Part shown: piece after piece, positions 53,316 through 63,738 of the stretch
Layout of the letters: each line of letters opens with the position of its first letter
How positions within the stretch are numbered: the first letter of the stretch is position 1
NCBI GenBank assembly: GCA_963818475.1
Contig: CAWFSF010000002.1
Location: 128,001 to 192,000, forward strand
Direction of reading: 5' to 3'
DNA length: 64,000 bases
DNA from: Nitrospirota bacterium
Lineage (GTDB): Bacteria; Nitrospirota; UBA9217
Made by a program: the position numbers and the translations under genes
Notes under the pieces: model-generated
The model's database searches: none
Seen by the model: the letters and a program-made list of their open reading frames with translations, nothing else
Told to the model about the DNA's origin: nothing

Positions 53316-53894
53316 TCAAAAAAGCTCATTGACCAGCTCTATGACAGCCTCCCGCGTGACATCGTTCATCGGCCGTCCCCCGCCGCCCAGGAGACGGTCC
53401 CCGGCGGTTATGCCGCCCCGCGTGGAAGATGCGGTCCATACCACCCTGCCCGTCTGGGCCTCGATCATCTGAAGACTGAGGGAGATGACATTGGAAGACG
53501 TCGTCCCTGACCGGACCTCTCCATATTCCCTGAGCACGCCCGTGATAACGGCATCGGCCTTGACAATGCCCCCCAGTTTGGTGATCTCTTCCGCAGAGGG
53601 TACGGTCGCTTTCTCGATCCCTGCCCGTGTAATGCCTCGCGCAACCTCTCCAGCAGGGAGCACGTAGATGGCGCCTGTCGACAGAAGCATGTTCATGAAG
53701 ACGTCCCTTACCCTGTTTGCAGCCTGATTGTCTTTCGTGAGGTTCTCAAAAGGCATTACCGCAACGGTCCGCACCGACCCGAGGTCGAAATTCGGGTCAT
53801 GGTAAACCGAGCGTTTGGAGGAGGCAGCACAGGCCGGCAGGGAAATCAGAACAAGTGAAAGCAGGACCGTTATGAGATTTTTAATCACGTTCAT
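53316..53894 (-). CDS. CsgG/GNA1162-like lipoprotein
   Basis: Lipobox LPAC; TVAVMPFENLT, ADAVITGVLREY, MIEAQTGRVVW; SD GAGGTG. Confidence 0.82.
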   Translation of the reverse strand: MNVIKNLITVLLSLVLISLPACAASSKRSVYHDPNFDLGSVRTVAVMPFENLTKDNQAANRVRDVFMNMLLSTGAIYVLPAGEVARGITRAGIEKATVPSAEEITKLGGIVKADAVITGVLREYGEVRSGTTSSNVISLSLQMIEAQTGRVVWTASSTRGGITAGDRLLGGGGRPMNDVTREAVIELVNELF

Positions 53895-53951
53895 CACCTC
53901 AATGGTATTATTTTTTATTATGACATGCAATAAAAATTCAGGTGGCGGCGA

Positions 53952-56189
53952 TCAAAAAAACACCATCAGGCTTGTACTGAATGCCCTTGCATCTGATTTG
54001 TCAAGATCCGATTCACCATGGGACACCTGATACGATGCCGCGAGATAGGAAGTGCGGCTGAGATTCAATCGAACGGACGGAGTGATGACCCTGGTCATCG
54101 CGTTGTTTTCGGACGCCAGACTCTCATTATACGCTAAAGAGAACTGGAATGCACCGTCGGGGAACGGCGACCAATTGAGCGAATAATTGTGGAACGTCCT
54201 GTCTCTCTCCTGGTCGGTTATCTTGCTCAGCGTAGCAACGAGGTAGAGCGTCCGAAACGGAATATAGGACGCGCTCACCTCTGTTCTCCTGGTAAAGTCC
54301 GATGAGCCCGGCCCGCCCCCTCCCGACCTGTCCGTTTTCGTTGAGGAAAAAAAATAGCTCAGGTTCAGGTCAGGGTGAGGCATCAGGTTGGAGAGAACGC
54401 TCCAGATCGTGCTTTTCACGTTTTCTCCCGTCTCCCGGTTCTGAAAGCTTTCCCCTCCAGAGACCACAATGTTTATGCCTTTGTAAAGGTCCGCATAATT
54501 GTTCAGGAAGAGGGATTTCGTGTCAGTTCGCCCGCCGTCTCTCTCCTCGTCCCGCCCGCTATAGGTAAGGCTGTGGCGGAGCGTCCGCAGGGGAACCGCC
54601 ATAAGGGAGGCGTTCGTGACATACGCAACACCGTTGCCTGCAGGATCGGAAAAGTCCTCCCGGGCGACTCGCGCGCTTCCTGAAAAAACTTTGCTGAACC
54701 TCTGGCTCACCAAGAGGCCGTTCGAAAGGTTCCATCTCTCCTGGGAAGAAGGCTCTGTCTTTGTGTAAAAATAGGAAAGTTCGTAATTGAGGTTCGGGAT
54801 GTCCAGAAGCTGCGCTCTCCCGTCAAAATTATAGGCATGGATGGTGCTGGTCGTTTCGCCTCTTACTTCCTCGGCGGGCTTTCTCGCAAACGCCTGGAGC
54901 TCCGTCACAAAGATGTCGGGAAACCCTGTTGCTCCCGTCACCACCGGAGACAGGGGTTTCACCACGACCTTTATGTATCTCGTCGTCACCGGTGAAAAAG
55001 CGATCTCAAAACGGTTATCAAAAGGCCCGAACTGTGCGGGGAATACGGTTGTGTGAAAATTCCAGACCAGGTTGTCCGAGCTTGTATAAATATCCCAGGA
55101 GAACGAGCTGGCGATTGCAGCCGGGAGCTCCCGGTCCACCCAGACAAAAAGCGTGTTCATCTCCCCCGGGAGAGACAGATCGAGACCGAGGTTCCGTTCC
55201 CTTCCGTCGCCCGTGATGGGCGGAAGCCCGATATTGACCCCCGTGCTTGCTGCCAGGGCGCCGTCTATCAAGGAGGCATTCGGCGTGAGGGCGCCGTCAG
55301 CAGGGGTGTCGTCGATGGATGACAGCCCTGAAAAGGGGACCAGCCCAATGTCCACCAACCCCGCCCCGGTGACAGAAGTTTTCATGGTGCTGTGGACAAC
55401 GTTGTAGCTCGTGTTGAACGAGATCCGCTCCTGGGCAATGCGATCGGAGTAATCCACCCTTCCAACCTGGTTCAGCTGCTTCGTTTCAAGGGACGTCAGC
55501 TGGTTTTTGGTGTTTATGTATGACGGCCGGTATCGTATTGCAAGATTGTCCGACGGCACATATTCCGCGGTGAGCCCGATGAAATCCCTGACCATGTCCT
55601 GGTAAGCCCGCTCCTTGTCAAAGAGATGGGTTCTTTCGGCCCGCATCTCGATATGGGGAAAGTCCTCCGGTCTCCAGCCAAGGATGGCGGTGCTGGTCTC
55701 ATTGATATTCGTTATCGAGGGCCCACTGGAGGAAGACGCCGTCTCCTCCCGTCTGAGGTATCTGACGCCGGCCGTGTAGATCGGCGTCCTCAAGGTAAGG
55801 TCAGCGTACGGCTGTATCCTGGTCAAGGTCGATTCTGTTTCCATGCCGTTGGTAGTCGATTCGCTGTCTGTTTTATCAAAAAGGCCGCTCGCAGAGAACC
55901 TGAGATAGGGGTAGAGGGTCCGGGAGAACGTCAGGTTGTAGCGTTGATTGAAGCTGTTGGCTTCCGTCCGGCTGACATTTCCCGAAGCATCTTCGGACCT
56001 GGAGTCCAGATTGCTGTATCCGAAGTTCAGATAACCACTGACCCCTTCCGCCACGACAGCATCGGGGCAGGATACCGCTCCCAGACAAAACAATGCCAGA
56101 AACACAGCGGCAGTGCCGGTTCCCCTGCAGCGGGATACCCACCATCGGCCTCCCTCTTTATCACGAGCGGCTGACAGCACAGAACGCAC
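53952..56189 (-). CDS. Putative outer-membrane beta-barrel with inserted discoidin-like domain
   Basis: Amphipathic beta-strand pattern, terminal Phe; central IYTSSDNLVW...TTRYIKVVV motif. Confidence 0.78.
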   Translation of the reverse strand: MRSVLSAARDKEGGRWWVSRCRGTGTAAVFLALFCLGAVSCPDAVVAEGVSGYLNFGYSNLDSRSEDASGNVSRTEANSFNQRYNLTFSRTLYPYLRFSASGLFDKTDSESTTNGMETESTLTRIQPYADLTLRTPIYTAGVRYLRREETASSSSGPSITNINETSTAILGWRPEDFPHIEMRAERTHLFDKERAYQDMVRDFIGLTAEYVPSDNLAIRYRPSYINTKNQLTSLETKQLNQVGRVDYSDRIAQERISFNTSYNVVHSTMKTSVTGAGLVDIGLVPFSGLSSIDDTPADGALTPNASLIDGALAASTGVNIGLPPITGDGRERNLGLDLSLPGEMNTLFVWVDRELPAAIASSFSWDIYTSSDNLVWNFHTTVFPAQFGPFDNRFEIAFSPVTTRYIKVVVKPLSPVVTGATGFPDIFVTELQAFARKPAEEVRGETTSTIHAYNFDGRAQLLDIPNLNYELSYFYTKTEPSSQERWNLSNGLLVSQRFSKVFSGSARVAREDFSDPAGNGVAYVTNASLMAVPLRTLRHSLTYSGRDEERDGGRTDTKSLFLNNYADLYKGINIVVSGGESFQNRETGENVKSTIWSVLSNLMPHPDLNLSYFFSSTKTDRSGGGGPGSSDFTRRTEVSASYIPFRTLYLVATLSKITDQERDRTFHNYSLNWSPFPDGAFQFSLAYNESLASENNAMTRVITPSVRLNLSRTSYLAASYQVSHGESDLDKSDARAFSTSLMVFF

Positions 56190-56194
56190 AAGAC

Positions 56195-57595
56195 CTACCT
56201 CTCTCCCATCAGGGTCACCCAGTACGCGCCTTCGCCGACATCCAGCTCGGCGACCGTTTGGTTGCTGATGATATTGATGCCCAGAAGGGTCTTTTTTCGA
56301 GGCAGGACAAGATACAGGTTATTTTCGTCACCATCGATCGCCATGCAGGAGATGCCCCCTCCTGCCAGGATCGTATCAGTCGGCATTTCCAGTGCCGGCT
56401 CGTATACCGAAACCACAGGGTCATTGCGCTTACCGAGAAAAATACGGTCGGTCCTGGTATCCACCTTGAGAGCGCTCATTGCCGTCCCCGCGGAGATCCG
56501 CTGGAGCGCGGACAGGGTCGTTGTATCGATGACCATAAGGTATGAGGAGAGCGCATGGATGACATAGAGCCGGTCACCCTTCCGGTTCATCTGCCCCCGC
56601 AGCGGCCCCGCATCCGTGGAGATCGTCGCGGATACCTGCCTGGCTGCGAGATCGATGATCGAAATCGTATCGGAGAGGGTATTGAAGACATAGGCCCTCC
56701 TTCCGGCTGGATCGAAGAGGACCGCGTTGGGCGCTTTGCCCACGCTGATCCTCTCCAGCTCGATCAGGGAAACAGGGTCGATGATGCTTACCGTGTCCGA
56801 ACCCTTGTTCGCCGTCAGCAGGAAGCGGCCGTCGGGCGAGAGAGCCGGCTCTTGCGGACGGTCGCCGGTCGAGAGCGGTATCCTGTGCACAATATCGCCT
56901 GCGGCAACATCAATAACATCAACAGCATCATCCCCTGCAAGCGCTACATAGGCCCTCTGCCGTCCCTTGTCAAGGGCGATGCCCCGGGGGCCCATGCCTG
57001 TTGCGATAACGCTTACGACCTGTCCGGACTTTTTGTTGAAGACCGTGATGTTGTTCGACCCGTAATTTGCCACGTATCCCGCAAGGGCCGGGATCGGCTG
57101 GTCGGGATGAACGAGTAAAAAAGACGGGCTGAAACCGGACCGCTCTATTACTGCTTCGGCAGGACGGAACGTTCCTGCTATGACGGAGGACTTGCCCCTT
57201 CGCACCTCAAAGGGGAACCCGGCAAGCAGCGGATTTTCAGGCACGACGAGTGCACTCTCTCCCTCGGCCCCTCTGAAAAAGGGGTTAACGGCACGGAACG
57301 AAAGACCGGTATAGGACCCGGGCGGCAAGGTGCCGGAAGCTACGAGGCGCTGTCTGCTCATCACGCTGATACTGAAATCAGAGACCGCAAGCGAGAGGGG
57401 GAATTCCCTGCCGTCATCCCTCAGGGCAGCGACCTCGCTGAGGCCGAATCTGATCCGCTCCGCCTCTCCGGGAAAGGGCTGGACATAGAGAAAGACCTCG
57501 CCTTCCTCGTCGAGAGGAGGTTTCAGAGAAGCTGAGGTTGCGTAGCATCCGGAAAAAAAGACAACCCCGATAAGAAAAAGACTTATCTTACTCAT
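56195..57595 (-). CDS. YVTN/YncE-type beta-propeller lipoprotein
   Basis: Lipobox FSGC; YVANYGSNNITV, TANKGSDTVSIID, YVFNTLSDTISIID. Confidence 0.88.
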   Translation of the reverse strand: MSKISLFLIGVVFFSGCYATSASLKPPLDEEGEVFLYVQPFPGEAERIRFGLSEVAALRDDGREFPLSLAVSDFSISVMSRQRLVASGTLPPGSYTGLSFRAVNPFFRGAEGESALVVPENPLLAGFPFEVRRGKSSVIAGTFRPAEAVIERSGFSPSFLLVHPDQPIPALAGYVANYGSNNITVFNKKSGQVVSVIATGMGPRGIALDKGRQRAYVALAGDDAVDVIDVAAGDIVHRIPLSTGDRPQEPALSPDGRFLLTANKGSDTVSIIDPVSLIELERISVGKAPNAVLFDPAGRRAYVFNTLSDTISIIDLAARQVSATISTDAGPLRGQMNRKGDRLYVIHALSSYLMVIDTTTLSALQRISAGTAMSALKVDTRTDRIFLGKRNDPVVSVYEPALEMPTDTILAGGGISCMAIDGDENNLYLVLPRKKTLLGINIISNQTVAELDVGEGAYWVTLMGER

Positions 57596-57934
57596 TGGAT
57601 TCCTTGCCCCACGGTTCACTTTCGTATCCGCTCCATCCTTCTCAGTGCGTGGATTCGATGAGTAGTATTAACAAGTCCCTCGCCTGCGTGCATTACAAAC
57701 CGTATTAATAGCGATGCGGGTCGTGGCCCCGCACCGCGTTTTTTTCTCTGTAATCTCCCTGTCCGGCTGTTGAATGTTCTTTTCGAACAACCAAAACAGT
57801 GTATCATGCTCCCCGCTGTTTTTATTATTTGTTCGTAGCAATCGTTCAGTCCTCTGCATGAAAAGAACTTTATCGATGAATCCTATACCTGGTCTGAGGC
57901 AAATGGTAGATGAAACGCGCTGTAAATTCAAGAG

Positions 57935-57963
57935 AAAAGGCTGGGTTTCCCCAGCCTTTTTTT
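57935..57963 (-). terminator. Intrinsic terminator after omcS
   Basis: AAAAGGCTGGG-GAAA-CCCAGCCTTTT, 30 nt after the stop. Confidence 0.82.
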
Positions 57964-57991
57964 GCTACGGAATTCATGCCAGTGCTGTAAA

Positions 57992-59239
57992 TTAGTCTTT
58001 TGCGTGGCACTTGTTGCAGAGAGACCGCTGATAAGAACCGTAATGCATCGTGGTGTCATTGTATGCTTTTGTGGTCTCTGCTACGGTACGGCCTTGTGCG
58101 TACTTCGGCTGGTTGGCAACGAGGCTCGGAGAATCGGTGCCCGGCCATACGCCGTCAACAGCGATGAACTCGCCTGCATTGTTCCACCGACCCATGAATT
58201 CCCATCCGCTTGCATGCGACTTGTGGCAGGAGAGGCACATGACCCGGTCACTCGTTGCAGGTCCTTCCGGTTTGGTGCCGTCGTTCACGGCCAGGGCCTT
58301 AAGAACGGCATAGTCTGTCGTATTGTCGGTCTGGAACGGAGCGAGTGAATCGAATGCAGTTGCGAGCGTTCCTGCCAGGTTGCCGCTGCCAATATATGAG
58401 TTGTAGATGCCCGCAACAGTGGTGCCCAGCGTCTGATTAACCGGGTGGGTCATCTTTGAGCTCGTGCCGGAATGCATATCCGGGTGGCAGGTTGCACACC
58501 AGTCGGTAATCCCGGCTCCATAGGCTACACGGGTAGGAGTTGCTGCCTCTGTTCTGTTATACGTGCTCGGAACAACCGCATTAAATACTGCATTGAAGGT
58601 CTTGCCGCCGGAACCGGCAGAAGAACCCGTTCCGCGAAGGATACGGTATGCGCCGACTGCCTGGCCAGCTAACGGGGTAACACTGTTGTTGTAGGAACCG
58701 GAAGCGATGATCGGGGCGCCGGTAGTGGCAAAGGTCCCGTCAGAAAGCCTTCTCAGTACGCCGTGGTTGTCATGGCAGCTATTGCAGCCGAGCTGTGTTG
58801 CATCCATGTCGCCGCCGGGAGCTACCGTGTTTTTTGCATCAGCGGTATAACCAAAGTCAGCGGCTACGATATTGTGGCCGTGGCCATCGCCAAGGTCAAC
58901 ACTGGTGGTGCCGGTTCTCGGGACATACGTGTAGGTCTTCTTGAGCCAGCCGAAGTCTCCGCCCGGGGTCCTGTTTCCCGGAGGGGTGCCTGCGGGCATA
59001 TCCGCATCAGGAGTGACAATGTGGTAGCTGGATGCGCCTGTTGCGCCGTGGCAACTGATACAGGTGGAGCTGATGTCCGTATTATTCAGAAGGGCAGAGG
59101 TGCTTTTTGCATCGTGAATATTGTGGCAGCCCATGCACTCTGCAACGCCGCCGCTATGGAACGCGAAACTCGTGCTGCTGAGCCCGAAAGAGAAAAGGCC
59201 AACAGCGACAATGATAAGGCTTAATTTGACGATCTTCAT
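57992..59239 (-). CDS. omcS: Hexaheme outer-surface cytochrome, OmcS family (nanowire subunit homolog)
   Basis: Mature N-terminus FHSGGVAECxGCH, TPGGDFGWxKKTY, GHNIVA, STYNRTEA..TRVAYG, terminal YQRSLCNKCHAKD; six CxxCH; matches Geobacter OmcS motifs as I recall them. Confidence 0.93.
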   Translation of the reverse strand: MKIVKLSLIIVAVGLFSFGLSSTSFAFHSGGVAECMGCHNIHDAKSTSALLNNTDISSTCISCHGATGASSYHIVTPDADMPAGTPPGNRTPGGDFGWLKKTYTYVPRTGTTSVDLGDGHGHNIVAADFGYTADAKNTVAPGGDMDATQLGCNSCHDNHGVLRRLSDGTFATTGAPIIASGSYNNSVTPLAGQAVGAYRILRGTGSSAGSGGKTFNAVFNAVVPSTYNRTEAATPTRVAYGAGITDWCATCHPDMHSGTSSKMTHPVNQTLGTTVAGIYNSYIGSGNLAGTLATAFDSLAPFQTDNTTDYAVLKALAVNDGTKPEGPATSDRVMCLSCHKSHASGWEFMGRWNNAGEFIAVDGVWPGTDSPSLVANQPKYAQGRTVAETTKAYNDTTMHYGSYQRSLCNKCHAKD

Positions 59240-59259
59240 TCACATCCTCCTAAAATTGG

Positions 59260-59337
59260 CTCCGGCAGACCAGCCATCCCGTTTCCGGGATCTGTGACTT
59301 TGTGCCCCCACCTTGCGGTGAGTTTACCCGTTCGGAG
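59260..59337 (-). ncRNA. GEMM-I (c-di-GMP-I family) riboswitch upstream of omcS, G20 variant
   Basis: CTCCG-AACGGGTAAACTCACC-GCAA-GGTGGGGGCACAAAGTCACAGATCCC..GGGATGGCTGGTCTGC-CGGAG; P1 CTCCG/CGGAG; ends about 10 nt before SD AGGAGG. Confidence 0.88.
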
Positions 59338-59368
59338 GATCGATTGTTGCCGGCAATGCCGACAGATT

Positions 59369-59435
59369 TTACTTCTTCTTTCTTACTTCTTACTTCCTAC
59401 TTCTTACTTCTTACTTCCAGCTTCTTACTTCTTAC
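59369..59435. repeat. Heptamer tandem repeat (TTACTTC)n
   Basis: About nine imperfect copies. Confidence 0.85.
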
Positions 59436-59518
59436 GGCTTGCTTCCTATTGACTTCCTTCATTATGTATCTCGCGATCACCTCCTTCTTGAGCCCATAAC
59501 TGGCTGGCATGTTCCAGG

Positions 59519-60460
59519 TCAGTCGTAGGCAATCCGAAAGACGCTGACGCCGCGTCTTCTTGCCTGGTTTACAAAGACCTTGTCATTGAGGACCGCCAGC
59601 CGTTGTGGAGCAGTCAGGTTGTCCCTGGCTTCTCCACGCGAGCCGAACTGCATCTGGAATTTGAATTCCTTGTCGTAAACCATGACAACGCTTTTCAAGG
59701 TGTCTACCACATAGATGAATCCCCTGTCATCGGATGCGATATCTGCCACAATATTGAACTTCCCTGCCACGTTGCCCGCACTGCCGAAGGATTGCACCTG
59801 GTGGTCGCGGGACATTCTGAAGGCCGTAAAGAGCGTTGGGACCGTGAAAAGCATGTTCCCCTCCCTGTCCACGCTGAAGCCGACGATATTGTTCTCCGAA
59901 CCCGTCTTTTCTTCCTTTGCCAGGTAAGCTCCGACATCATAGCCGTCCACAAAAGAACCCGTTGAATCAATGACAACGATCTTCCTTGTATAAAGGTCGG
60001 CAAGATAGAGATATCCCTTCCAAGAGACCAACCGTCGCGGTAAGATCTTCGAAAACTCCTGCGGAAGACCCCTCAGCTCCAGCGCCTCCTTCAATTCTCC
60101 CCGAAAATTGCAGCGCAAAATTGAATAGCTGTCCCCGTTGTGGGAGAGCACCATGATTTTCCCGTCCTGCTCAACAGCGACATCGACAATTGTGCCAAGG
60201 GCGCTGTCGTCGCCGAAATGGTAGATTTCCATCCCAACGTTATTAAATATACTGACGATCCCATCGTTGATGACAAGCACCTCGCTATGCTCTCTGTCGC
60301 TGGACAACCCTGTCCAGCTGTAGGGTATGGCGCCGTTAAAGTCGGAAAGGGTGTAGAGATAGGAAGCCTTGATGTCTGCCGTAGCGATCGTTGAGCAGAG
60401 CAACAGCGAGAGTGCTGTTGCGGTTGCGAGGGATGGCAGGTTTAAATGAAGGTATTTCAT
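59519..60460 (-). CDS. Exported NHL-like beta-propeller protein preceding omcS
   Basis: Signal peptide; FGSAGNVAGKF..DIASDDRGFIYVVD, FGSRGE..L.APQRL. Confidence 0.85.
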   Translation of the reverse strand: MKYLHLNLPSLATATALSLLLCSTIATADIKASYLYTLSDFNGAIPYSWTGLSSDREHSEVLVINDGIVSIFNNVGMEIYHFGDDSALGTIVDVAVEQDGKIMVLSHNGDSYSILRCNFRGELKEALELRGLPQEFSKILPRRLVSWKGYLYLADLYTRKIVVIDSTGSFVDGYDVGAYLAKEEKTGSENNIVGFSVDREGNMLFTVPTLFTAFRMSRDHQVQSFGSAGNVAGKFNIVADIASDDRGFIYVVDTLKSVVMVYDKEFKFQMQFGSRGEARDNLTAPQRLAVLNDKVFVNQARRRGVSVFRIAYD

Positions 60461-60524
60461 CTCTTCTCTTTCCTCTGCACGTTCAAACTTCCTCTGCTCC
60501 TTTGAGCGTAGTTGTCATTGTTAC

Positions 60525-60540
60525 TGCAATGCCTGTGCCA
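60525..60540 (-). promoter_or_regulatory. sigma54 (-24/-12) promoter
   Basis: TGGCAC-AGGCA-TTGCA with exact consensus spacing, 65 nt upstream of the first gene of the omcS locus. Confidence 0.82.
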
Positions 60541-60905
60541 TGAGATTCCGGTGACATACCGACTTGAAAAAACAAGGTTTGCACAATTGTCAAAAAAAAT
60601 ATCAAACATGCATCCGGGAAAATCCCCATTTATGGCTGGCAATTTAACGGAAAACGTTCACCCCTTTGACTGAGAGTTACATAAAATTGCGGCACGCCGC
60701 CAGCAGCCGCGAAGGGTCGGCTGAAGGAGCATCATCAAAGGGCGATGTTTCCTGAGCAAACGGTCGCTGTCGGGTCTTTTTGCAGTTGTGTTTTTCCGGA
60801 GAGGGGAACAAGAGATGCAAGAGAGAATGTGAAGTTAAGAAAGAGGGACCCGAGGTTGCGGGCAGAGATCGACGATGATGACGTTTGATGACGGACTGTC
60901 GTTTG

Positions 60906-62761
60906 TTACCGGGATTTTTTCTTCAGGCGCATGGCCTCATCGAGGCTCAGACGGGCCTCTGCAAAGTCCGGTTTCAGCCGCAGGGCTTCGGTAAAATGCA
61001 GGATGCTTTCATCGACGTTTCCGCGCCGTAATACCGCAACTCCCAACCCGTAGTGTCCCTTTGCAGAGCCTGGCTCAATCCGCAAGGCTTCGGAAAAATG
61101 CCTGATGCTTTCATCAAGTTTACCCTGCGAACCCAGGGTAACACCCATGATAAAGTGTATCTCCGCATGGTCGGGCTCGTTCGGAGTCCCTCGGTATAAT
61201 GATACAGCGCTTCCCCATCCCTACCTTGCTTCATGAGCGCAAAGCCCATGTTAAAATGCGCCTCTGCGGAGCCGGGTTTGACGAGCAGCGCTTTGTTTGT
61301 GTACGAAATGGCCTCTGCAATCTTTCCCTGTTTGATCAGGACATTGCCCATTCCCGTAAGTGCGCGCTCATATTCGGGCGAGATCCGCAAAGCTTCGGCA
61401 TACCGGGGAATCGCTTCTTCCAGCCTGCCTTTCTGAGCAAGAGCATACCCAAGGCTTTCATGAGCAATATAATTGTCACCTACTGCCTCGGCAGCATGAC
61501 GGAAAAGGGTGATGCTGTCTTTCCAATAGCCTACTTGCTGCCAGGTGACCGCCGCGGAAGCCAGAAGAAGAATACCTGCCGCGGCGGACAGGACGATATG
61601 GCGATTGCGGTTGCCGCCTGCCCAGATCCCCACGCCCCATGCCAGCATGATAAAGATCCCGATGAGCGGCAGGTAGGTATAACGGTCCGCCATTGCCTGA
61701 CTCCCGACCTGCACCAGACCGATGACCGGCACGAGCGTCACGAGATACCACAGCCAGCCGACCAGAAAATAGGGATGCCGTTTTGCCGAGCGGACCACCA
61801 GCACCGATATCCCCACCAGGAGTAGACCGGCAAACAGCACCTGTGCTGTTGTCAGGGTGGGTGGGAGTGGGTATATTACGGCGAGGTTGACCGGCCAGGC
61901 CGTCTTGGCCAGGTAAAGAACGTAAGCCCACAGCGCGTTGGCGGAACGGAAAGCAATTGGCACCGCCTTCAGGGAAGAGACCGCCCCGCCCTGGTGTTGC
62001 GCATAGAGGGTTACCATGCTGGAAGCCGCGGCAAGAGCAACGAAGGGGGCCTTTTCCCACAAAAGGCGCCCAAGGAGCGGTTTGCGTGCGGCCGGATCAG
62101 GGTCTTGCCGCATCAGCAGGCCTGCCTGCCCGAACTGAAACCGCCCAAGAGGCCAATAATCCATCAATAGGAGAACGACCGGCACGGTAACCAGCATGGG
62201 CTTGGACATGAGTCCGAGTGCGAATGCGCACAGTACCAACAGGTATCTCGTGAACACCGGGCGTTTGACATACCAGGCATATGACAACAGGGTGAGCATC
62301 CAGAAAAAAGCGCTCAGGACGTCTTTGCGCTCCGCTGCCCATGCGACAGACTCCACGTGAAGGGGATGGAGCGCAAACAGGGCTGCGACAAATGCGCTTT
62401 GCCAGTATGCCCCGGTCATCCGTACCAGCAGCAGGAAGAGGAGGACGGTGTTGATCACATGGAAGAGGACATTCACCAGATGGTGAGGCCCCGGATCGAA
62501 TCCGAACAATTGGATATCCAGCATATGTGACAGCCACGTCAACGGATGCCAGTTTGATGCGTAGGCAGAGGTGAACGCCCAGATGAAACCTTTTCCGGTC
62601 AGGCCTGTTCTTACGTGGTGATTTTCCAGGAGGTACTCGCCGTCGTCAAAATTCACAAATTGATTATTGCCTGCCTGCCAGTACACGGCACAGGTAACGG
62701 CAGCCAGGAACAGGCACATCAAAGTTTTACTCTTCAGAGTCACTGTTAAGCCTCGCCGCAA
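60906..62761 (-). CDS. TMTC-like multi-TM GT-C protein with C-terminal TPRs; indel near 61170
   Basis: FVNFDD, NWHPLTWLSH, LFALHPLHVESVAW..ERKD, ADRYTYLP then TPRs continuing in ORF 60906-61148. Confidence 0.85.
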
Positions 62762-63093
62762 GGTTTTTTTTCCGCGATAACGTCGTCAAGCGGTGTATTC
62801 CGGAGGCGCGGACCGCCTCTTGTCGCCTGCTCTCGCTTCGTGCTGCGCCGCTGGGGCGGGAAAAGATATCACATTCTGTTGCACTTCATGTTGCTGCTCG
62901 AAAACAATGACACTTCGGATCGAACGCTGAATCATTTCCCGTTCTGCATATGGTGAATTAACCGTCTGATTGATTTTTTTTCCGATATGCATGAGCGGCT
63001 TTTCTGCATGAAATTTTGTAAAGGCTCATTAAACAAGGCATCCGGTCGTCTGCTCTCCGTGGTACGTTTATTGCTTTCTACGGATGAAGGAGC

Positions 63094-63570
63094 ATGGAAT
63101 GGGCAGCCTTTTTTGACTGTTTGCAGCGAACAGGTGTCTCAGGTGACCCTATGGAAAAGATCATAGCGCCGGTCAAAACAGCAGCCGATCGGGTCATGAC
63201 ACATGGCAGCCTGAACTGCTGTGAGAGGCGTGAACCGCCGAATGATCAGGATACGGGCATGCAATGGACCGGTGGTAACGTCCGAAAACATATGCGAATG
63301 CCGGCCGACGAGCGCATTGCCTATCTGGCGATCCCTTCGCCTCATGAAATATGTGCGGAAGTGGTCACCGGCCATGTTTTCGATATCAGCGATGACGGAT
63401 TAGGCCTCCTGACCGAATGTCCTCTCGCACCCGGCAGCGTCATCAGGTTTGTGAGCGGTGCGGTGTGGTATACCGGCATCGTTCGATGGAGCGCAGGCAC
63501 CGGGGACGACGAGCACCGTGCAGGGATCCAATTCATCCTATCAGAGAACGCTTCTGATGATAGGCTCTGA
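63094..63570 (+). CDS. PilZ-domain protein (start uncertain)
   Basis: RKHMR (RxxxR), DISDDG (DxSxxG), GIVRW, AGIQF. Confidence 0.8.
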   Translation: MEWAAFFDCLQRTGVSGDPMEKIIAPVKTAADRVMTHGSLNCCERREPPNDQDTGMQWTGGNVRKHMRMPADERIAYLAIPSPHEICAEVVTGHVFDISDDGLGLLTECPLAPGSVIRFVSGAVWYTGIVRWSAGTGDDEHRAGIQFILSENASDDRL

Positions 63571-63738
63571 CGCGCGACACGGCAACGGGTATCCATGTGC
63601 CGCTGAAGCGCTGTGCAGCCGGCAAAGGGCCTGGTCGGGCATGGGTTCCCGGCAATGCATCCTGGCGAGCGGAAGACCGTACTGCTCGGAAGAAGCTGCT
63701 CGAACCAACGCCAATCGCTCTGATCACGGAGGACACGA

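Noticed and set aside
59302-59499. 65-aa plus-strand ORF with LLTSYF repeats
   Set aside because: Translation artefact of the heptamer tract, antisense to the omcS leader.
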